Shown: one piece after another, positions 59,001 to 64,000 of the stretch
Layout: the number at the start of each line of letters is the position of its first letter
Numbering within the stretch: the stretch's first letter is position 1
Source of the DNA: Thalia democratica
Taxonomy: Eukaryota
DNA: 64,000 bases
Direction of reading: 5' to 3'
NCBI GenBank assembly: GCA_965202585.1
Contig: OZ241827.1
Location: 54,374,001 to 54,438,000, forward strand
Program-made: the position numbers and the translations under genes
The notes under the pieces: model-generated
What the model saw: the letters and a program-made list of their open reading frames with translations, nothing else
Told to the model about the DNA's origin: nothing
The model's database searches: none

Positions 59001-61688
59001 TGTTCGAAACACGCTTTTGGTTGCTTTTTATTTCTCATCACTAAATTCAAAAAGGTATCTTTTAAAATGATTTGTTGGAAAACACCCAGTGAGGTTTTAT
59101 TTCTGAGCTGCTGAGACGAAATTCTAAATAGTATAATTGCTTAGTTAAAAGAACATATGTTCAGTTTATTTTGGTACGAGCATCATTTTGAGCTTAAAAT
59201 AATTGTGTACACAAAATTCCACAAATATTATTTGAATTTAGCTCTGTGTTGGCCTAATCCACTCAGGCATTAAGGCAGCATTAGACGGATTTGACAAAAC
59301 CGAAAAAAAAACATGAAAATAATTGTTAAGTAAATTAGCTAAAGAAGAGTTGTGCTTGAATTTTCTAGTGACATGTATACTCTAAAACAGGCAAATTAAC
59401 AAAAATTAGGCAAACTAAGTAGTTTTGAAATGCTTTAAGTTTTAAAATTTGTGTGATAAAAGACCTCGATCGTTTCTAAATGAATTAAAGTTTAAAACCT
59501 TAAACTGTAGAATGTTAACAATTATCATAGTTTTTACAACATATCAAAATAACATGTTATACATATATATATATAATAACATTTAAATATATTTTTGTTT
59601 TTAAGTTTTCTGTTGTGGATCTTCTGAACTAAAACAAAATGAAATTTTAAAGGTAAGGGTACGCTATTTTTAGAAAACTGTTATTTATTTAAAAGTTCAC
59701 CTCATTTCAACTTGCCAAACTAAAACTATTTTCGATAATACTACGGGCCGACGCTTCCAAGATTTCAACTTTTGTAAACAAAAACTTCAAAATGGAACTG
59801 CAAACTCTAATTGAAATTACCAGTAAAGAAAAGGAGAGTAGAAACTAGGCAATTGAGATGATCGCAAGGTAAACACACCGACAGCAGATTTGCATTAAAT
59901 GTTTTCGTTGTAAACGCACCTGCATTTTCGTGAGCAAATCTGACTGTAATTGGCTGGCGGACAACAAAAATGAGTTTTTGTTGATTTGCTGAGCGGGTTA
60001 ATTTGAACTAAGTCGGTTGTTTTGTGAAAAAACGTGAAAGGTAAATGTACAAATCGCTTTCACTTATTATAGTATTGATAATAAAATAACATGCATAACA
60101 TTCTATAAAAGTAATCTTATTGCAGTAAATTTATTAGACATTATGATAGTTTAAAAAAATTGGTAAATGACAACTAATTTTTAAGATTTCATATAAACTA
60201 AAACTGTAAGATAAAACTTGCTAAATGAAAACGGAAGATAGCGACTAGTTTTGTAAAAAAAAAATAGCAGATTTACTAGTTTTCAAACACAAGTTTTAAA
60301 CGTGTTTTGACTTTTCAATGTTTTAGTTGAAAACAAAAAAAAAATGTATCAAAAAACTCAAATAACAACCTACTATTTGGTTTGTTAAGGTCAATAAATT
60401 ATTCATCGTGTTTGAAATATATACTCACACAGCTAAATAACAGGAGTATTAAAAGAATTTGCTACACGGATTAATTTTCCCACACAGCTTTGGCTTAAAA
60501 ATTGCTTGTTTTTATAATATGTGTCACTTGTAGGCTTGCCAAATTTTTATTGTCATTAATTATTGACCGTAAACGGTTAATTATTACGGCTCCCTTAGTA
60601 TGTATTTTTCGGTTTACCTTAATCTGTAAATCAAAGCCTTTGGCAAGCTTTTGTTGACATGTTAGAGGAAATATTTTAAATTCAAATGTGTTTTGTATTA
60701 AAATCATTTAATATTTCTTTCTCTAAATGTTATACAACCAAGTTAACATTTAAGCTTAGCTAAATTTTTCAAGGTTTATAATTCATTTGTTTATAGTTCT
60801 GACTCTTACGAAAACACCATGAGTTTTAAAACTGTTCTAAATGAAAGATACTTGGTTTATATGAAAAGTTAAAGCATGAAACCCACTAACATTTTACGTA
60901 AACTTGGGCCACACGGCTGGTTATTTTTCCGTGTTTGTTAGTTGCAACACACTGGTAATCCCCTGTATTTCCCTCCTCCTTTTTCGAAGAATCCCATATT
61001 GTCAAGAATTTCAGTGATGAAAACGTCTTAAAAAACAATCAAGTTGCATTTAAATGAAAAACATAATGTGTTTTTTACTGTTTTTTTATCCCTAGTAAAA
61101 TAGCAGTTGTATCTAAAACTTTTTCAATACAAACCGACAATGCAGCTTAGTTTTTTATTAAAAATCAAAATCAAACTCACTCGGTTTCCATAAGATTTGT
61201 CTTTTTTGTAGATGCTGCGAACTGTAAAAAAATGTAATTAAAGTAATGAAAAAAATAGGTATGTACATTTCGGGGACTTAAAATTTCAATGGAAAGCTAA
61301 AAACAGGTTGACTTTTAAACAGGTGCACGCGTGAAAGACAAAATTTTGTTACTTATGTATCACCTGCGCATGTATGTTTGCGAAAGAGGAGCCTTTGACA
61401 AAGCTCCATTTCCGCAAAAAACCAACCCAAAGACACGTACGCCAAACAAAAGGGTGCGTGCCTTCCCAACTGCAAGCCCTATCTAAAATGCGGGCGTAAG
61501 TCGACTTTTTACAAAAAAGTGTTGGAAACACTCACACGTGGTAATGTTGTGCCCGTCGACGGTCCAGTACATTCGCGGAGGGGGAAACCCCTCAGCCGTG
61601 CACACCAGTTTGACGCCGGAGTCGTCGTAGGTGGTGTAGAAGCTCCTCGGCTGCTCCAAGAAGCACAGGTTGACCTTGGACTTGGAAC
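41047..61688 (-). CDS. robo: Roundabout (Robo)-family receptor, 24 exons assembled (5 Ig + 3 FN3 + TM + cytoplasmic tail), N-terminal exon not confirmed
   Basis: Hand-spliced GT-AG exons with consistent phases: 61536-61688, 61181-61221, 60891-61026, 54437-54606, 52779-52899, 51629-51782, 51282-51406, 50271-50390, 49736-49879, 49263-49501, 47930-48011, 47678-47825, 46875-47065, 46326-46569, 45940-46061, 45542-45856, 45009-45233, 44551-44761, 44262-44393, 43925-44029, 43291-43455, 42454-42542, 41577-42188, 41047-41195. Ig1 CTAEGFPPPRMYW…SLKFLTI and Ig2 CSPPEGVPEPKVTW match Robo Ig1/Ig2 signatures. Confidence 0.85.
45009..45233 (-). other. robo transmembrane exon
   Basis: MATIIITCFVIVVTIITGVSCWL followed by the basic stop-transfer KKRRKPK. 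Confidence 0.9.
45542..47825 (-). other. robo FN3 x3 encoding exons
   Basis: LRISW…YTITGLKPSSGYFIYV, LLSW…FYEVHIRLY and LTIRW…VTVTPVSSLGP. Confidence 0.75.
47930..61688 (-). other. robo Ig1-Ig5 encoding exons
   Basis: Five C…W…(D)xGxYxC patterns: GDYQC, DRGFYTC, QSGVYTC, DSGTYSC, NYGKYKC. Confidence 0.85.
56900..59000. promoter_or_regulatory. CpG-rich intronic block in robo intron 3, candidate enhancer cluster
   Basis: Marked GC/CpG enrichment against the AT-rich background, with no coherent ORF. DR1-like AGGTCAAAGTTCG at about 57108. Confidence 0.4.
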
Positions 61689-63555
61689 CTGAAAAAATAT
61701 GTGTACTCTATTGTGCTATTAAAAAATTCTTGAATATTTAATTTCATGTTTTTATTAAGTTAACTTTAAAATAAAGAAAGTTTTAGGGTTAAAATTTATA
61801 TTATGTATGAAAATCTTATATAATACTATTACAAATACTAATTGTCAACATTTAAGATTAGTATTAGTATAAATACTAATATTTTTCCGTACCATGTAAA
61901 AACAAAACTAAATTAAATAAAAAAAGAATATGCTTTTATTGAGTATAGCAACAAATTAAGGCATTTGGAATTTTTCTACATTCGCGCAGTACATGTTGCG
62001 ACAAAGGCAGTTAGTTGTGTGTGAGTAGGAAGTGAGCTGCCAAAAGGACACCTTGTCGGCAAGCACAGCTGGCCGGAGAGTCAAGTGTTTGCTGTGAAGA
62101 GTTCGGCGAAGAGTTATCTCATTGTTAGCATTAGCACAGTGTGTATTGACCTCAAACATAAACGTCTATGCAAACAAACCGTGTTTGAGTTCGTTGTGTT
62201 TTAGCGATAAACTTAAGCGGCTGTAATTATCTTAGGAAAAAAACCTTACTGTTTTAGGTTTTTAATATACAAGCGAGCGAAATTTTTGCGTAAACGAATT
62301 CTTATTTAATTTTATTTTTAATAACATGTTTGTATTGATTATTTTACTACTGGTAATTTTGGTTCAAAATAAACAATAAATGATTGAAAATAGTTTTGAT
62401 TGAATTTTTTTAGTTGAAGTTATTTTTTGATCGATATACGTATCTTGTTTAACACAGAGAACACATGTCAGTTAAATAAAGAAAATTACTTTGAAAATTT
62501 TGTTATTAATGTAAGCGAAATCTTTTAATTTTAGCTCTAATAAGCTTGTTTAAAGTAAAAAAAGCTTAAAATAAAACACCACTTGTTTTATGCGAAAACT
62601 GCCAAGTTTTAAGTTTTAACGGTTTTTTCCAGCTAATTAAGCAAACAAAAAAAGTTTTAAACAAAAGACGTCAATAAGTAAGTGACAATAATATTTAATT
62701 TCTGTTGAGTATCACCACAAAAACTTAAATACCGCTTCCTTGTCTGATAAAAATTAAAGCAGACGCTCGGCTGATACATAACAATGTTTACAAGTTTAAT
62801 CTTAAAATATAACATAAGTTTGAGAAATTTGCTACAAAGTTTGTGCAATACTTTTAGAACCTATTCTATATTAGGACTTTTTATTATAGGTAAACAGCTA
62901 AGCAAGATGAGCATTTGTTTAGTTGATTTTATTTTAATAATTTATTTATATTGATTTTTTACTGATGACGCGTTTTGATCCAAAATAAGTAATGAATGAT
63001 TAAAATTAATTGATATAGTAAAACTACTTTTTATTTAAAAGTACTATTGTTTAAGCTGTTTTTGAAAGGCGTACGCATTTTGTTTTACGTATTATTACTA
63101 ACAATATTTATAAGCATGTTAATATCAAATTTAAATTTTTCAAATCAAAGTTATTTTTCAACTGAAAAGGACAAAATTGAACAAATGTACTCGAAAGGAC
63201 AATTAAATGTTATATAAAAGCGTGAGATTCTCTTAAAATTTAAATGACTAATTTACCAAGGGACAATACTGTCATAGTGTAAAACTTTATCACTCAAAAA
63301 CTTTAAAACTTGCCCAATAGCATTCAAACTCAATTCAATGTATTTAACGTTTTAAGTATACTTTGAGTTTTAACTTAATTTTTTAAATTTTGAAAACTTG
63401 TTTTTGTTTGCATAAAACAAAGTTATAAGCTTTTTTTAAACAGCATAATTTTATTCATCTTGTTTTGTAAATCTGACAAATTGTACCTATTGACCAAAAA
63501 TACAAAAATAACACTCATTTTAATGTAAAAGTAAACTTTCAAAACTATCATTAAC

Positions 63556-63676
63556 CATTTACTTTTTTAACTTTTTTCCTAAAAACCCTATACTGAGAAA
63601 ATTGTAAAACCGATTTCAAAGCAAATAACAAAAAAAAAGCCCCTATCATCACGCTACTTAGTTTTGACTGGTTCAT
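63556..63676 (-). CDS. Candidate robo signal-peptide exon
   Basis: MNQSKLSSVMIGAFFLLFALKSVLQFSQY…VNG ends at a phase-1 G|GTTAAT donor that is in frame with exon 61688. It may equally be intronic. Confidence 0.25.
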
Positions 63677-64000
63677 TTGGGGTTCAAATTTAAACTTTGT
63701 TTCAACACAAAACAACCCCACTTGTTTGATCAAGCAAGTTTCTGATTAAAAAAAGTTTCATCGTTGCGAAAATTTACGTTAAAAAATTTCAAGTAGCTTC
63801 TTGAGGTTATGATACTAATTAGTCTCTTTAAGATACTTTACATAACTGTTGAAATTGTTTTCAAGTTTAATTCAATGTTTTCAAAGCTTGTTTAAAAAAG
63901 TTTGGACACAGTATATGAGAGCATTTATGGTATTTGAATGGTAGTTTTGCTAAATTTTTTTGATATTAAAAGAATTTCTTTATTTTGTAGTTTTTGCTAA

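Noticed and set aside
58631-59050. 139-aa minus and 83-aa plus intronic ORFs
   Set aside because: No recognisable domain or splice context. Treated as part of the GC-rich regulatory island.

Overview
AT-rich animal (metazoan) genomic DNA with spliceosomal GT-AG introns; it is not prokaryotic and has no CRISPR, rRNA or tRNA that I can support. The right third (41.0-61.7 kb, minus strand) is a Roundabout (Robo)-type receptor gene, which I assembled by hand into 24 in-frame exons (5 Ig + 3 FN3 + TM + long cytoplasmic tail, about 1,400 codons; first exon uncertain). The left two-thirds holds six intronless ORFs: two paralogous coiled-coil proteins with hydrophobic C-terminal tails, a degenerate hnRNP K/PCBP-like KH protein, two about 98% identical TPMT-family methyltransferases in divergent orientation, and an acidic protein built from 84-bp (28-aa) tandem repeats. 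Several MITE families (hAT-like, MULE-like, and a 387-bp family with 6-bp TSDs) are interspersed. The most unusual structure is that each TPMT copy sits between a pair of long, decayed inverted repeats, and the near-identity of the two copies is confined to roughly the mature-exon limits. Also notable are extreme exon-to-exon GC3 mosaicism in robo and candidate microexons in its Ig3-Ig4 linker intron.
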